A DNA stretch of 64,000 bases from an uncultured virus (IMG/VR IMGVR_UViG_2061766007_000921) (lineage: Duplodnaviria; Heunggongvirae; Uroviricota; Caudoviricetes), in IMG/VR virus record IMGVR_UViG_2061766007_000921; one strand, given 5' to 3'. Under the pieces are notes generated by a model, which saw only the letters and a list, made by a program, of their open reading frames with translations, did no database searches and was not told the origin of the DNA. The translations under genes and the position numbers were made by a program. Positions 29,850 through 39,925 of this stretch are shown here, piece by piece (the stretch's first letter is position 1; every line of letters begins with the position of its first letter).

Positions 29850-30284
29850 CTATTGCTTCTTTGATTTTTGAAAAGATATTGGCTTGCATTCTATTATCTT
29901 AGTTTTTTTAAATGTAGGAAAAAATATTATTTCATCAAATAAACTGTAATAATCTTTAAGCTTAGGAGTATCATAATCATCTAATAATGTGATATCTTCA
30001 ACTTGAGATTTTGTAATCTCATTCAAAGAACGCTTTATTCCTATTATAACATCAAATGAAATGTTGCTGTTAATATAAATGATTCCTGTATATCTTTTAG
30101 ATTTTGCACCTGTAGAAATCAGACGTTCTATTTCTGTATTTATGATAAATCTATGTGCAGGACGATTTACATCAAGATTAGACTCTTTAAGTAAAGAATC
30201 TATATCAATGATATAAAACGTATTAAGATTAGTAAATACATTTTTTAATTTTCTGTAAGACTCTACAGTTACGTAAAACTTCAT
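29850..30284 (-). CDS. Hypothetical protein
   Basis: 144-aa ORF with AATAAATA upstream. Confidence 0.7.
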   Translation of the reverse strand: MKFYVTVESYRKLKNVFTNLNTFYIIDIDSLLKESNLDVNRPAHRFIINTEIERLISTGAKSKRYTGIIYINSNISFDVIIGIKRSLNEITKSQVEDITLLDDYDTPKLKDYYSLFDEIIFFPTFKKTKIIECKPISFQKSKKQ

Positions 30285-30328
30285 TTACATTATAGCAAAT
30301 TTTTATATCTCAGATTTATTTATTATGC

Positions 30329-31150
30329 TTATTCTGCAGTGTAACTATCAAGAAGAGCAACTTTTAAAGCAGATAAAATAATCTGAGGATCAATTTCATC
30401 TACAAGATAATTAACAAACTTTTGTCCTCCATTTTCAAATTCACTTTGTGCAAGAGCAAATATAGCCTTGCTCGGTAAATTAATATTTAATGTAAGCTCA
30501 ATTTCAGTATCATGCTTCTTAGAAGTTTTTGCTAAAATATAAACAGGATCATTATTAACGACTTGATTGTTAGATATTTGTTCTTGCTTAACGGGCTGAG
30601 GCTGTTGTGCTGGCTGAGGCTGAGGAATTTGTACTTCTTCAACTTTTCTTGTAGGAGCAGGAATTTCTCTTTCTCTTGTAACAACTGAAGAAGCTTTATT
30701 TGCAGGTTCATAATAATTATCAACTGCATATTCTTCATATGACGGAAGTGGTTGACTAGGACCTTTGTATCTTGGCGGATAAAACTTCTTTTTTCCTAAG
30801 CTTGATTCATCAAGATTGAGATTTTGTCCGTTTCCTTTTGCACCTACAATATCTTCAAGAGGTGGAACTTCTACATGCTGCTCGCCTGCAGTAGGATCCA
30901 TATATGTGTATGTATGTGTTGTTATAACTTCAGTTCTCCACTTGTCATTAGGATTTGCTATTTCTACCATAACCTTTCCTTTAAGAGAATGCACATCTCT
31001 TGTCATAGGAGATATAAATTCAACATTACATCTTTCACCGCTTTCAAAATTGTAAAAATATTCTCCCTCAATGCATTCAATAGTATTCAAAACTTCTACA
31101 GTTCCTTCTGAATCACCATCTAACCATTGAAAATATCTTTTTCTTTTCAT
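30329..31150 (-). CDS. Hypothetical protein with Pro/Gln-rich linker
   Basis: 273-aa ORF in a minus-strand operon. Confidence 0.75.
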   Translation of the reverse strand: MKRKRYFQWLDGDSEGTVEVLNTIECIEGEYFYNFESGERCNVEFISPMTRDVHSLKGKVMVEIANPNDKWRTEVITTHTYTYMDPTAGEQHVEVPPLEDIVGAKGNGQNLNLDESSLGKKKFYPPRYKGPSQPLPSYEEYAVDNYYEPANKASSVVTREREIPAPTRKVEEVQIPQPQPAQQPQPVKQEQISNNQVVNNDPVYILAKTSKKHDTEIELTLNINLPSKAIFALAQSEFENGGQKFVNYLVDEIDPQIILSALKVALLDSYTAE

Positions 31151-31165
31151 TTTAAATTGATATTA

Positions 31166-31549
31166 TTAATTTTTACTTTTGTTATTGTTGTCATCTTCGC
31201 TTCCTCTTGGGAGGATGAATTTGTCGAATTGTTCTTTGTATTCATATTTCCACTCGACGTCGGCGTAGTATGGATCTTCGAACCACGACAAATAATCTTC
31301 TCTAAAATTTGCCAAAACTTCTTCAAAATGCGCTTTATAGTTTGCATGAGAAATTATGTTTAATCTTCTTTCAGGTATTGTAAATGTATGAGTAGTTCCT
31401 TGTACTCGCCAAGCGACTGACAGTGTAGTATCATACTGATTTACTTGAACGACTGAATATTCAATAACAACTGGTTTCCAACCCTTTGGATGTACTTCAA
31501 CAGTTTTTATATCTTCCAATCTGTTGTCAAAATTAAAATTAAAAGGCAT
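31166..31549 (-). CDS. Hypothetical protein
   Basis: Start reassigned to ATG 31549 (MPFNFNFD), immediately after the upstream stop. The longer track version overlaps the previous gene. Confidence 0.7.
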   Translation of the reverse strand: MPFNFNFDNRLEDIKTVEVHPKGWKPVVIEYSVVQVNQYDTTLSVAWRVQGTTHTFTIPERRLNIISHANYKAHFEEVLANFREDYLSWFEDPYYADVEWKYEYKEQFDKFILPRGSEDDNNNKSKN

Positions 31550-31550
31550 A

Positions 31551-32042
31551 TTATTGTTCTCCTTCAGGTATTGTTTCATCTGCAATTTCTTCATCTGGAT
31601 CTGCTGCAGAGTCACTTCTGTAAATTCCTCCTGGACCCATTGGCATATTAGGACCCATCGGACGTTGACGATTTCTATGTGGATTATCATAATATCGATC
31701 ATCATAATATGGATCTCTATAACGTCTATCATCCATAGCACGTTCTACAGCCTTAACTACATCTTCCTTATTAGCATTTGCAATTGCTCCACTAATCTTT
31801 CTTGTTCCAAGAAGTGCTGCACCAATTCCCATTATAATTGTCATCTTATCAATCATTGCCATTATGTTTGCAGCTTGTTCCTGATTAACAAAATAAAATA
31901 TGACCAATGCTAATACTATAAGTAATGTAATAATCTCATATAAAACACCGACAGCTCCAGTGGCAGAAGTTTGTCCAGTGGAGCCCGAGGTGACCATATC
32001 TTTGATTGAAAGTTTTATCTTTCCATCTTCAGTTTTGCACAT
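31551..32042 (-). CDS. Two-TM membrane protein, possibly holin-like
   Basis: Two hydrophobic helices (IITLLIVLALVIFYFV; MTIIMGIGAALLG-RK) and a charged C-tail. Confidence 0.5.
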   Translation of the reverse strand: MCKTEDGKIKLSIKDMVTSGSTGQTSATGAVGVLYEIITLLIVLALVIFYFVNQEQAANIMAMIDKMTIIMGIGAALLGTRKISGAIANANKEDVVKAVERAMDDRRYRDPYYDDRYYDNPHRNRQRPMGPNMPMGPGGIYRSDSAADPDEEIADETIPEGEQ

Positions 32043-32263
32043 TAAATAATTTTAGTTATTTTTACTTCTTTGACAGAGTCTATTCGCCACTCTCCCATAC
32101 AGCCGTCCATTTCCTTTTCAGTTTTGTCTGCTGCTGCTTGAGGACTACCTGCCTCTACTATATAATTCTCTGTAAGAGTTTTATATATTGCTTCTCCTTT
32201 CTTTTTGTTCCAACCGTGTTCTTCTTTAATCTTTACAACTACTTTATAATAACCTGTACTCAT
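32042..32263 (-). CDS. DUF4494-like small protein
   Basis: YYKVVVKI...TENYIVEA.S...A...EKEM...WRIDSVKEVKI pattern, typical of Bacteroidota and their phages. Confidence 0.55.
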   Translation of the reverse strand: MSTGYYKVVVKIKEEHGWNKKKGEAIYKTLTENYIVEAGSPQAAADKTEKEMDGCMGEWRIDSVKEVKITKII

Positions 32264-32276
32264 AATATAAATTATA

Positions 32277-32573
32277 TTAAACTATTATACTGTTTGATTT
32301 TTCATTAGATTTATCATTTGCATCTTCTCCTAAAATTTTGCTAGCATTTGCTTTAGAAGTAAGATCTGCTGGAATTTTACCGCATTTTTCACATACATAA
32401 ACAGGAATTGGATAAAGTTCTTCCTTTCCAGTAGGTGATATCAATGCAGAAACTTTTTTAAGCACAATTGCTTCATGAAATAATTTAGATCCACATTCAC
32501 AAACTACATTAGGTGAATCTAACAATGATGCAGGAGTCATTCCTCCACTCATTCCTGTCGTTGGTATTGCCAT
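32277..32573 (-). CDS. Zn-ribbon protein
   Basis: CECG and CEKCG pairs. Confidence 0.7.
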   Translation of the reverse strand: MAIPTTGMSGGMTPASLLDSPNVVCECGSKLFHEAIVLKKVSALISPTGKEELYPIPVYVCEKCGKIPADLTSKANASKILGEDANDKSNEKSNSIIV

Positions 32574-32582
32574 AATTAAATT

Positions 32583-33350
32583 TTATTTATAATATAATCT
32601 TTTTTGTTCAATAATTGCTAATTTGTCTTTCATTTCTTTTGTACCATATACTTTTATATAGTTATCAATCAAATTGAAAGAACGTTCATATAGATGTAAT
32701 GAATTTGCATGCCAATAAATTATAGGATCATCTGCTATTGTTTTTCCAACGGCTTTCAAATCATATATCATTCTATATGCGATATATCTTGCCCAAAACA
32801 AATCATTTTTAAATCCTGTTACAGCATCATTTGAACGCATTGATACACAATAGATTAAAGTATCTATATTACCAATTTTACGAATAAACTGTTGTGTAGC
32901 AAATGTACAAATATAATCACTCATTCCATCTCTATTGTATTCATTCCAAATACTTGGCCGAGTGTATATATGACAAGCTCTTCTTGAATTTGGATCTTTA
33001 ATCAATTCATTCAATGCATGTTTATACTGATTATAATTTTCTGCATTAAATTCGAGATATCCATAATTTGAATTAATCTCATGCTTGTCATCTTTAGTAG
33101 CACAGCTTTTCCAAATTTTCGGACATTCTCCTGGAATATCATCAACACTTAAGCTTTCAGACAAATACCACTGTAATTCTCTATGTGCGTATTCATTTAA
33201 AGTACCAAAAATTGAATCATCAGATGAAGATACTTGAAAATTTGCATCAATAATTTCTATTGTTTTTGTATCACCTGAAGTAATAAAAGATTCAGACAAA
33301 TAAAGTGATGCAAATTCTTTTCTTATATCATTTATATTATAATGTATCAT
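32583..33350 (-). CDS. dCMP hydroxymethylase (T4 gp42-like)
   Basis: Co-linear with T4 gp42 as recalled: KTIEII, RELxWY, DIPGExPKIW, EINSNYG, SRR, IYTRPS, DGMSDxxCT (catalytic Cys), MRSND, GFKND (dCMP-specifying Asp) and SLHLY. Confidence 0.9.
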   Translation of the reverse strand: MIHYNINDIRKEFASLYLSESFITSGDTKTIEIIDANFQVSSSDDSIFGTLNEYAHRELQWYLSESLSVDDIPGECPKIWKSCATKDDKHEINSNYGYLEFNAENYNQYKHALNELIKDPNSRRACHIYTRPSIWNEYNRDGMSDYICTFATQQFIRKIGNIDTLIYCVSMRSNDAVTGFKNDLFWARYIAYRMIYDLKAVGKTIADDPIIYWHANSLHLYERSFNLIDNYIKVYGTKEMKDKLAIIEQKRLYYK

Positions 33351-33359
33351 TGTATTAAA

Positions 33360-33995
33360 TTATTTTATAAACATTGTATCTAACTTATCAGTTATTTGTT
33401 TAACTATATCATCAATTGGTCTGAAATTCATATCATTATCTACTTTAATTTCAAGATAATTAACAGGATACAGATACAACATTACTTCTTTAAACAATTT
33501 ATCTTCTGATTTTATCTCTGACACTTTATCTTTTTTATCAGAATACAGTGACAAATTATCATCATTACGTGCAGCAAATTCAGGATCAGCAGTAAGTAAT
33601 ACAACTAATGTATTATAATTTCTATCATACTCATATCGATTTTCTGAATTTTTATATGCATCTAAATATTTAAGAATGTTTGATTCTCTTTCACGTCTAT
33701 ATTTTGGACCATATACAAATTCACCGATTTCACTACGATCTTGTATTACTAAAAATTCTTTTTTCAGTGATGACAGCGGATCTTCAATTGCACTTAAAAC
33801 TGTCAGTCTTGCTTTTAAATTTTTAAATGTATTAGTTTGTATGATAAAAGCAGGCCCTTCAGTAAGAGTTTTGTCCAAAGGGCCTGTAGCATGTGTTAAT
33901 ACAATATCTTTAGTAGAATTATATTTTTCAACAAGCTTAGAAATAATTGTGCTTTTGCCCAAATTATCTATACCTTCTAAAATAACATTTACCAT
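33360..33995 (-). CDS. Thymidylate-kinase-like dNMP kinase (candidate hm-dCMP kinase)
   Basis: P-loop LEGIDNLGKST and DRS..GEFVYG. Directly upstream of the hydroxymethylase. Confidence 0.75.
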   Translation of the reverse strand: MVNVILEGIDNLGKSTIISKLVEKYNSTKDIVLTHATGPLDKTLTEGPAFIIQTNTFKNLKARLTVLSAIEDPLSSLKKEFLVIQDRSEIGEFVYGPKYRRERESNILKYLDAYKNSENRYEYDRNYNTLVVLLTADPEFAARNDDNLSLYSDKKDKVSEIKSEDKLFKEVMLYLYPVNYLEIKVDNDMNFRPIDDIVKQITDKLDTMFIK

Positions 33996-34013
33996 AAGAT
34001 ATTATATTTAAAA

Positions 34014-35078
34014 TTATTCAGCATTATTAGAAGAATCTTTAGCAGGATCTCCGAAATGATCAGAAAGAATAATTCTTGACTGGTTGTCTTTGATAATAAT
34101 ATCTGTAATGTATGCAGTTACTTCATCACCAATTGCAAATTCTTTCTTATCGAATTTCTTCTCGAAATCTTTGCTCATTGATGAACGATGAATAAGACCG
34201 CTGAATACCCACTCATCATTCTTGTCTTTGAACTGCAAGAAGATACCATTCTTAGAAGTTCCTGTAACTTTAGTAGAAACTTGCATTCCAACTGAAAGCT
34301 CTTCATCAATCTTGAAAGGAAGAATGTGATTAAGATACTTCTTGTAAGAAACAATAAATCCAGATTTAGGAAGATAATTCACAATCATTACAGGAATGGT
34401 CTTGCCAAGAAGAACAGAGAAATCTGTCAATATTCCTGCTGCAGCGAGTGAACCAGGAAGGAAACAGCGAATTCCCATAATATCAACAATATAACCACCG
34501 CCATTGATTTCTTTCACATTTGCTTTATAAGCAACTGTAGAAGATTCAGGATGTTTAATTTGTTCCATGAATTCTGATTCAATCTTAGAAAGATGACCTT
34601 CCCAAAGAGAAATTCTTCCACCTTGAAGAACTTTAGCAGCAAGATTAGACTCAATCAATGATTTCTTGTATTCCTCAGAAGTATTGACTGCTTTAGTAAA
34701 TACATCAATTGAAGGACATCCAATTGCATCAATGAATTGCTTCTCTTTGTTCAAATCAATAACTGCAGACATACCATTATCAGTATCAATTGCAAGTTCA
34801 TGATCTGAAACTGCATGTACATCAACAATAGAATAAACAGTTCCCTTAGTAGGATCCTTTGCAGTATATGCTGCATTCATATAAGATTCATAAAGAGGCA
34901 GAACTTCTGCTGCATACGATTCATGTGAATATACAACACTTGTTTTATCAGAAGTTTTTATAGATGTATTAGGCTTCAATGAAGCACCGTTGTATCCATC
35001 CTCATACATACTCCAGTCAAAATTGTTATTTGAACTTGCGAGTACCTTTCCTGTTTCTACTGTTTTTCTTTTACTCAT
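34014..35078 (-). CDS. rpsA: Ribosomal protein S1-like protein (truncated, ~3 S1 domains)
   Basis: N-terminal FDWSMYEDG, GGYIVDIMGIRCFLPGS, VSYKK and GLIHRS.MS ... RIILS match the N-terminal domains of Bacteroidota S1. Confidence 0.75.
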   Translation of the reverse strand: MSKRKTVETGKVLASSNNNFDWSMYEDGYNGASLKPNTSIKTSDKTSVVYSHESYAAEVLPLYESYMNAAYTAKDPTKGTVYSIVDVHAVSDHELAIDTDNGMSAVIDLNKEKQFIDAIGCPSIDVFTKAVNTSEEYKKSLIESNLAAKVLQGGRISLWEGHLSKIESEFMEQIKHPESSTVAYKANVKEINGGGYIVDIMGIRCFLPGSLAAAGILTDFSVLLGKTIPVMIVNYLPKSGFIVSYKKYLNHILPFKIDEELSVGMQVSTKVTGTSKNGIFLQFKDKNDEWVFSGLIHRSSMSKDFEKKFDKKEFAIGDEVTAYITDIIIKDNQSRIILSDHFGDPAKDSSNNAE

Positions 35079-35082
35079 TTAA

Positions 35083-35967
35083 TTAACCCTCATTAATAAT
35101 AGAAATAACAATCTTGGTATTATTATTGGTAGATTCAAAAAGAATTCTATCAACTGCATAATCACCAGTTGGCTGTTTGTGATGACCAAGAATTACTTTG
35201 TAATCATCTTCACATTTATCCATCATCTGAATAAACTTTTCACGGAAGATAGCAATACGAATAGGATAGTCAGTTGACTGAGTCAATTCACCAATCTTGT
35301 AAATGAAGTTCGGCTGACTATTCTTGCCAGTATTATCTTTTACATAAACTTCTGTTCCTTCAAGATAGAAAATAAGAGCATCTTTCTTAGGATCAATCTT
35401 TACAATATCAGAAGTTTTAATAATAGAAGAAATAGCAGAACTAGGAAGAACAAAGTCAACACTATCTTCTACATTAAATACTGAATTGTTAAATACATCA
35501 TCAGGCAAATACTTAAGTTCAGAAATACGAAAACCTTCCATCTTCATCTTCAAGATAGTTGAACTGAATGTAATTGAAGTTGCAGCAAAATCAGTAGTGT
35601 TATCCTGATTTTTCAATTCACCATATTCAACATTAATGTCAAAGTTGCAATTTCCTTTGTCATCGAGATCAGAACCAAAACGTTCAATAATTCTGATAAA
35701 TTTAGGCAGCTGCTGAATAATTGCTGCTTTAATACGATTTTTACCGAGGGTAGCATCACCATCGTGTTCTACGACACTCATATTACAATCTTCAAAAGAT
35801 ACAGCAGAGAATCTTACAGATGCTTTATCTTCTGAAAATGTTTTTGCTATGAATGCCCGCTGTGTTGTGTCTATCTCAATCAAAAGTGACGGACGAATTT
35901 TGGCAAAATTCTTTAAGTATGTCACGAATGTATCAACAGAACCGTTAAGATTTAGTTTTACGTGCAT
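35083..35967 (-). CDS. Sliding clamp (T4 gp45-like), putative
   Basis: N-terminal YLKNFAKIRPSLLI resembles gp45 LLKNFATINSGI. Size and alpha/beta pattern fit. Confidence 0.55.
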   Translation of the reverse strand: MHVKLNLNGSVDTFVTYLKNFAKIRPSLLIEIDTTQRAFIAKTFSEDKASVRFSAVSFEDCNMSVVEHDGDATLGKNRIKAAIIQQLPKFIRIIERFGSDLDDKGNCNFDINVEYGELKNQDNTTDFAATSITFSSTILKMKMEGFRISELKYLPDDVFNNSVFNVEDSVDFVLPSSAISSIIKTSDIVKIDPKKDALIFYLEGTEVYVKDNTGKNSQPNFIYKIGELTQSTDYPIRIAIFREKFIQMMDKCEDDYKVILGHHKQPTGDYAVDRILFESTNNNTKIVISIINEG

Positions 35968-36094
35968 TAAAGAAATGTTTTAAAGGTTAAACAATATTAT
36001 TAAAAACGATACATAAATTTTATCCAAGTATTATTAAAAATATTAAAGGGTAACAATATTGCTACCCTCTCTTTTACAAATTATTTAAATTCAA

Positions 36095-37576
36095 TTATTT
36101 AAGTTTCTCTTCAAGTTTTTCAATTCTTTGTTTCAAACTATCAATCTCATCTGTAAGCAATTTAATACCGTAAATTGATAATGCTCCTAATTTATCATAT
36201 TCAACACTCTTGAATCCTCTTGATGATGTTGACACAATTTCAGGAAGTATCTTTTCAACAGATTGTGCAGATACACCAAAATGCATAATATCTGAATTGT
36301 CATTCCATACAAATTTAGAAACTTTAATACTTGTAATATCTTTTAGCGTTATATTGCAATCTTTAAATGTTTTAAGTCTTTCATCAGAAGATTGGAAAAC
36401 ACTACCATTTTTGAAATATGCTTTTTCTGAATATACCAGTTGATCATTTCTAATAGATGAATCATTATTGTTTGTAGTTTTTCCTAACAAATAGTGTTCA
36501 GTATTATCATCTCCAACATTGACAATATTTATACCTGCTGAATCCCATTTAAGAACACCCGTGTTATCAGTTACAAGACAAACATTTCCGTTTCTTTCAT
36601 TTTGATTTCCACTAACAAATATATTAGAATCTCCTGTATTGATTTTTAAGAATTTTGTAATATCTTCTCCTTCTTGAATAACAATAAAACTATCAGAATT
36701 TCCAGAATTTATTGTTCCATCTTTAATACTTGAGTTTGAATCTCTATGATATGCTATATACTTATCATGAGTTGTAGATCTAAGATTAAATGCATAACCA
36801 ACTCTAAGATCACTTATAGGTTTAGATAAAGTTGAAGTAATAATATCTGCTCCATTTTGTGATTTATAAAATAATGAAACATATTCACTAGCAGGTCTAA
36901 CAAGGCCAGTGTTAGAATTTGTCATTTGATCTTGGTCAGTTCCTTCACCATCACGATACGTAACTCCATCAATTGCATCTAAAAAATTACCGAATGAACC
37001 AAATGGTCCAAACATATGACGACGTCCTTGTGCATTAGAATAATCTGATGTAAAATGTTTATCATCAAATGAAAATGTCAAATTAACAGTTTTAGTATTT
37101 TGTACATAATCACTAGTAACAGAAGAATCAAATGCTTTTGCTGTTCCGTTAGAACCAGGAACACATTCTGTTATAAATTGATATAATGGAGCTGATTCAA
37201 ATTCACCATTTTGAGTTAAAAATTTAAGTTCACCTGGATCTGAAGAAGATTGTGGATCTCTATATGAAAATGCAGTTTTTCCTTTAACAAGTCCTCCTGT
37301 ATAATTTGATTCATTAAGTGCATTAGCATCATAGAATACAGGATAATATCTTCCTACTGAACCTTGCGAAGAAATGGCAATATCATTTTTATCAATTTCA
37401 CTAAGTATCTTTTTAAAAATAAGATCTATTCCAAATGCTGCAGTTTTGCCTGACTCTGTATATTCTGTAATTGCATCAAGTATAGTATAAGGTAAAAGTG
37501 TATTAGAATTATAATCAACTAATTTCTGAACAGTTGATTTAGCCTCCATTACCTTAAATTGTTCTTTATTTGCCAT
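36095..37576 (-). CDS. Tail fibre/spike protein with C-terminal intramolecular chaperone (peptidase S74)
   Basis: SSDERLK, FGVSAQSVEKILPEIV, VEYDKL and a terminal coiled coil. Confidence 0.85.
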   Translation of the reverse strand: MANKEQFKVMEAKSTVQKLVDYNSNTLLPYTILDAITEYTESGKTAAFGIDLIFKKILSEIDKNDIAISSQGSVGRYYPVFYDANALNESNYTGGLVKGKTAFSYRDPQSSSDPGELKFLTQNGEFESAPLYQFITECVPGSNGTAKAFDSSVTSDYVQNTKTVNLTFSFDDKHFTSDYSNAQGRRHMFGPFGSFGNFLDAIDGVTYRDGEGTDQDQMTNSNTGLVRPASEYVSLFYKSQNGADIITSTLSKPISDLRVGYAFNLRSTTHDKYIAYHRDSNSSIKDGTINSGNSDSFIVIQEGEDITKFLKINTGDSNIFVSGNQNERNGNVCLVTDNTGVLKWDSAGINIVNVGDDNTEHYLLGKTTNNNDSSIRNDQLVYSEKAYFKNGSVFQSSDERLKTFKDCNITLKDITSIKVSKFVWNDNSDIMHFGVSAQSVEKILPEIVSTSSRGFKSVEYDKLGALSIYGIKLLTDEIDSLKQRIEKLEEKLK

Positions 37577-37608
37577 ATTTAATTATTATATTATTATCAG
37601 TTTATTTA

Positions 37609-39471
37609 TTATTGAATTGCTGATCTTCCTCTTAGAGTAACATTAACTGGAGCAGTTAAACTATCTAATGAAGATTCATATTCTATTCCACGATAAGATG
37701 TAAATCCACCACGGAACATTGCAAGCATATCATTTATTTCTATTGTATTTCCAAGTTTGTCTATAACTTTTCTTGTAAGTACTATATCTCCGTAAGAATC
37801 AATTCCGTAATTTCCTTCTCCATAATACTTTTCGTTGTTTTTATCAGCATCAAAGAATACAGAAACTGAATCAACACCTGGAATATTTTCTACAATTTTA
37901 ACAAAATCAGAAACAGGAATTCTATCTCTTCTTGTATTTGCAATCAAATAATTAGAAATTGCAGAAATTATATTGCTTTTAACTGAATTGAAATTATAAT
38001 TTTCCCACATTTGTATGAATACATTAATAGCAAAATTAACAAATATAGGGTCAAGTATTTTATTTTCTGCTGTTATAAGTTTTTGGCCTGAACTATTAAT
38101 AAGATTTATAAGTCCTCGCTTTTCATCTTCAGTAAGTAAGAATCTATCTTTAGAACAAGTGAAATAATTTTCTCCTTCATTTATTCTCTTACTAATATCA
38201 GGAATCAAATAAAGATAAATTACATTATCATCCATCTTTGAATCATTGTACTTATCTATTGCTATATCATAGTCATTCTTCTTTTCAAGATATTCTTGAT
38301 ACAATTCTTGAGCTTGTTCAGAACTTACTCCAGTAGCATTTACTTGAGCCATATATGACTCTTTAGCATATTCATATTGATTCTTTGCAGTATTATAAGC
38401 TTCTTCAATTTTACTATCTTCATATGTTTCAAATCCTGAAAATGCATCAATTACTGAAAACATATTAAGTCTTGTTAAAAAGTACTTATAATTTATAGGA
38501 TTAGCAAGAACATAACTTCTTGATGAATACGGTGCAAGTCTACGTGTCATTTCAATTGATTCTTCTTCAGCACCAAACAAAATTTCAGATGCAGATGAAA
38601 GATTATAAATCTTATTTAAATCAATGTAATTTCCGTTTGAATCAAATCCACCGTCTTCAAATTCCCAATAATTATCATCATCATTTTCAAGAACATTTCC
38701 AGCAGAACCGGCACAAAGAAGATATTCAAACAATATTGTAGAACCTTGTTCAGGAACTTTTCCAGAAACACCTGTTCCAAAAAATACATCAACACCGCCG
38801 TTTATACTTCTTTTAATCATACAAGCTTTTTGTTCGTATCCCATATCAAGCATGGAATCAACTTGTGCCCAGCGTTCTCCATTTACATAAACATTCATAA
38901 AGAAGTTATCAATTGTCTGACCAGTTTTATTAGCAAAATTAAACGAGTCAAGCGCATATCCAGTTCCTGTTGCCTGCTGATATCTAAGTTCACCTTGAAT
39001 TATAGGAATTTCAATATTACTATCAAATGAACCTACAGTCAATCTCATATTTCTTCCAGGAAATACACAAATATATGATAATCCGTTAGATGTATTTTTT
39101 ATTTTTGTATAATTTCTAATTGTAATTGTTTCACCTGCAGCTCCACTAGCATTATTATATGTCAAATACAATGCACCGCGTGCTGCTACACCAGATGATG
39201 GAGTATGTCCTGCAAGTACAGCAAGTCCTCTAATAGATCTCGCGTGATATGCTGTAGTTATATTTAATTCTGTTATAATGTTTTCAATATAAAACAATAT
39301 CATTCTTCCAAGATGAAGAACAACATTGATTATCTGTGCAAATGGTGATGCCATTGTAAATTCCTTTCCTTGAGAATTATAAACATTCTTCAAGTAATTA
39401 AATGCATCTTCTTGCAGTTGTTCGTATTTTAAACGATTGCTTTTAAATATTTTCAAATCGGCTTTTGCCAT
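37609..39471 (-). CDS. Baseplate wedge subunit (T4 gp6 / gpJ-like)
   Basis: ELNITTA..ARSIRGLA.LAGH, VFFGTGVSGKVP, GSAGN, GAEEESIE..R.LAP and DY-like NYKYFL motifs. Confidence 0.85.
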   Translation of the reverse strand: MAKADLKIFKSNRLKYEQLQEDAFNYLKNVYNSQGKEFTMASPFAQIINVVLHLGRMILFYIENIITELNITTAYHARSIRGLAVLAGHTPSSGVAARGALYLTYNNASGAAGETITIRNYTKIKNTSNGLSYICVFPGRNMRLTVGSFDSNIEIPIIQGELRYQQATGTGYALDSFNFANKTGQTIDNFFMNVYVNGERWAQVDSMLDMGYEQKACMIKRSINGGVDVFFGTGVSGKVPEQGSTILFEYLLCAGSAGNVLENDDDNYWEFEDGGFDSNGNYIDLNKIYNLSSASEILFGAEEESIEMTRRLAPYSSRSYVLANPINYKYFLTRLNMFSVIDAFSGFETYEDSKIEEAYNTAKNQYEYAKESYMAQVNATGVSSEQAQELYQEYLEKKNDYDIAIDKYNDSKMDDNVIYLYLIPDISKRINEGENYFTCSKDRFLLTEDEKRGLINLINSSGQKLITAENKILDPIFVNFAINVFIQMWENYNFNSVKSNIISAISNYLIANTRRDRIPVSDFVKIVENIPGVDSVSVFFDADKNNEKYYGEGNYGIDSYGDIVLTRKVIDKLGNTIEINDMLAMFRGGFTSYRGIEYESSLDSLTAPVNVTLRGRSAIQ

Positions 39472-39565
39472 GTTTTGTAGTATTCTTTTACAATATTATT
39501 ATTTATCTTGTGGTTGCAACATATGAGCCAGAGAAATAAATATGAAAAATATAAAGACAGGCTAT

Positions 39566-39919
39566 ATGAAAAAACTTAAATTTTTATTAGCTCTTGTATT
39601 TACATCTTTAATTATAGTATCTTGTGGACCTGGAAAGCATGTTACTAATAATGACAATGTGTATGGAATAACAAGAATGTATTATGTCATAAATACAACT
39701 TATGGCATATCACAGCTTGACTCATTAATAAGAGCCGATAGACTTGCTCCATTAGATACTTGGTATTATTCTCCTCTTATGAGTCCTGAAGGAAGAATAA
39801 ATCAATGGTTATACATCAAATCATTAGATAGAAATCACGAATCTATATATACTGCAACACAATTAAGTGTAGATACATTATTTAAATGTACAAAAAGAAT
39901 TACTGAAGAAATTAAATAA
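39566..39919 (+). CDS. Lipoprotein
   Basis: MKKLKFLLALVFTSLIIVSC signal peptide with lipobox. Start moved to ATG 39566 because the first ATG overlaps the ATAAATA motif. Confidence 0.75.
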   Translation: MKKLKFLLALVFTSLIIVSCGPGKHVTNNDNVYGITRMYYVINTTYGISQLDSLIRADRLAPLDTWYYSPLMSPEGRINQWLYIKSLDRNHESIYTATQLSVDTLFKCTKRITEEIK

Positions 39920-39925
39920 TTTATT

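Noticed and set aside
32583..33350. Ordinary thymidylate synthase (thyA)
   Set aside because: It has Asp (GFKND) at the specificity position where ThyA has Asn, plus gp42-specific segments such as DIPGExPKIW and DGMSD.
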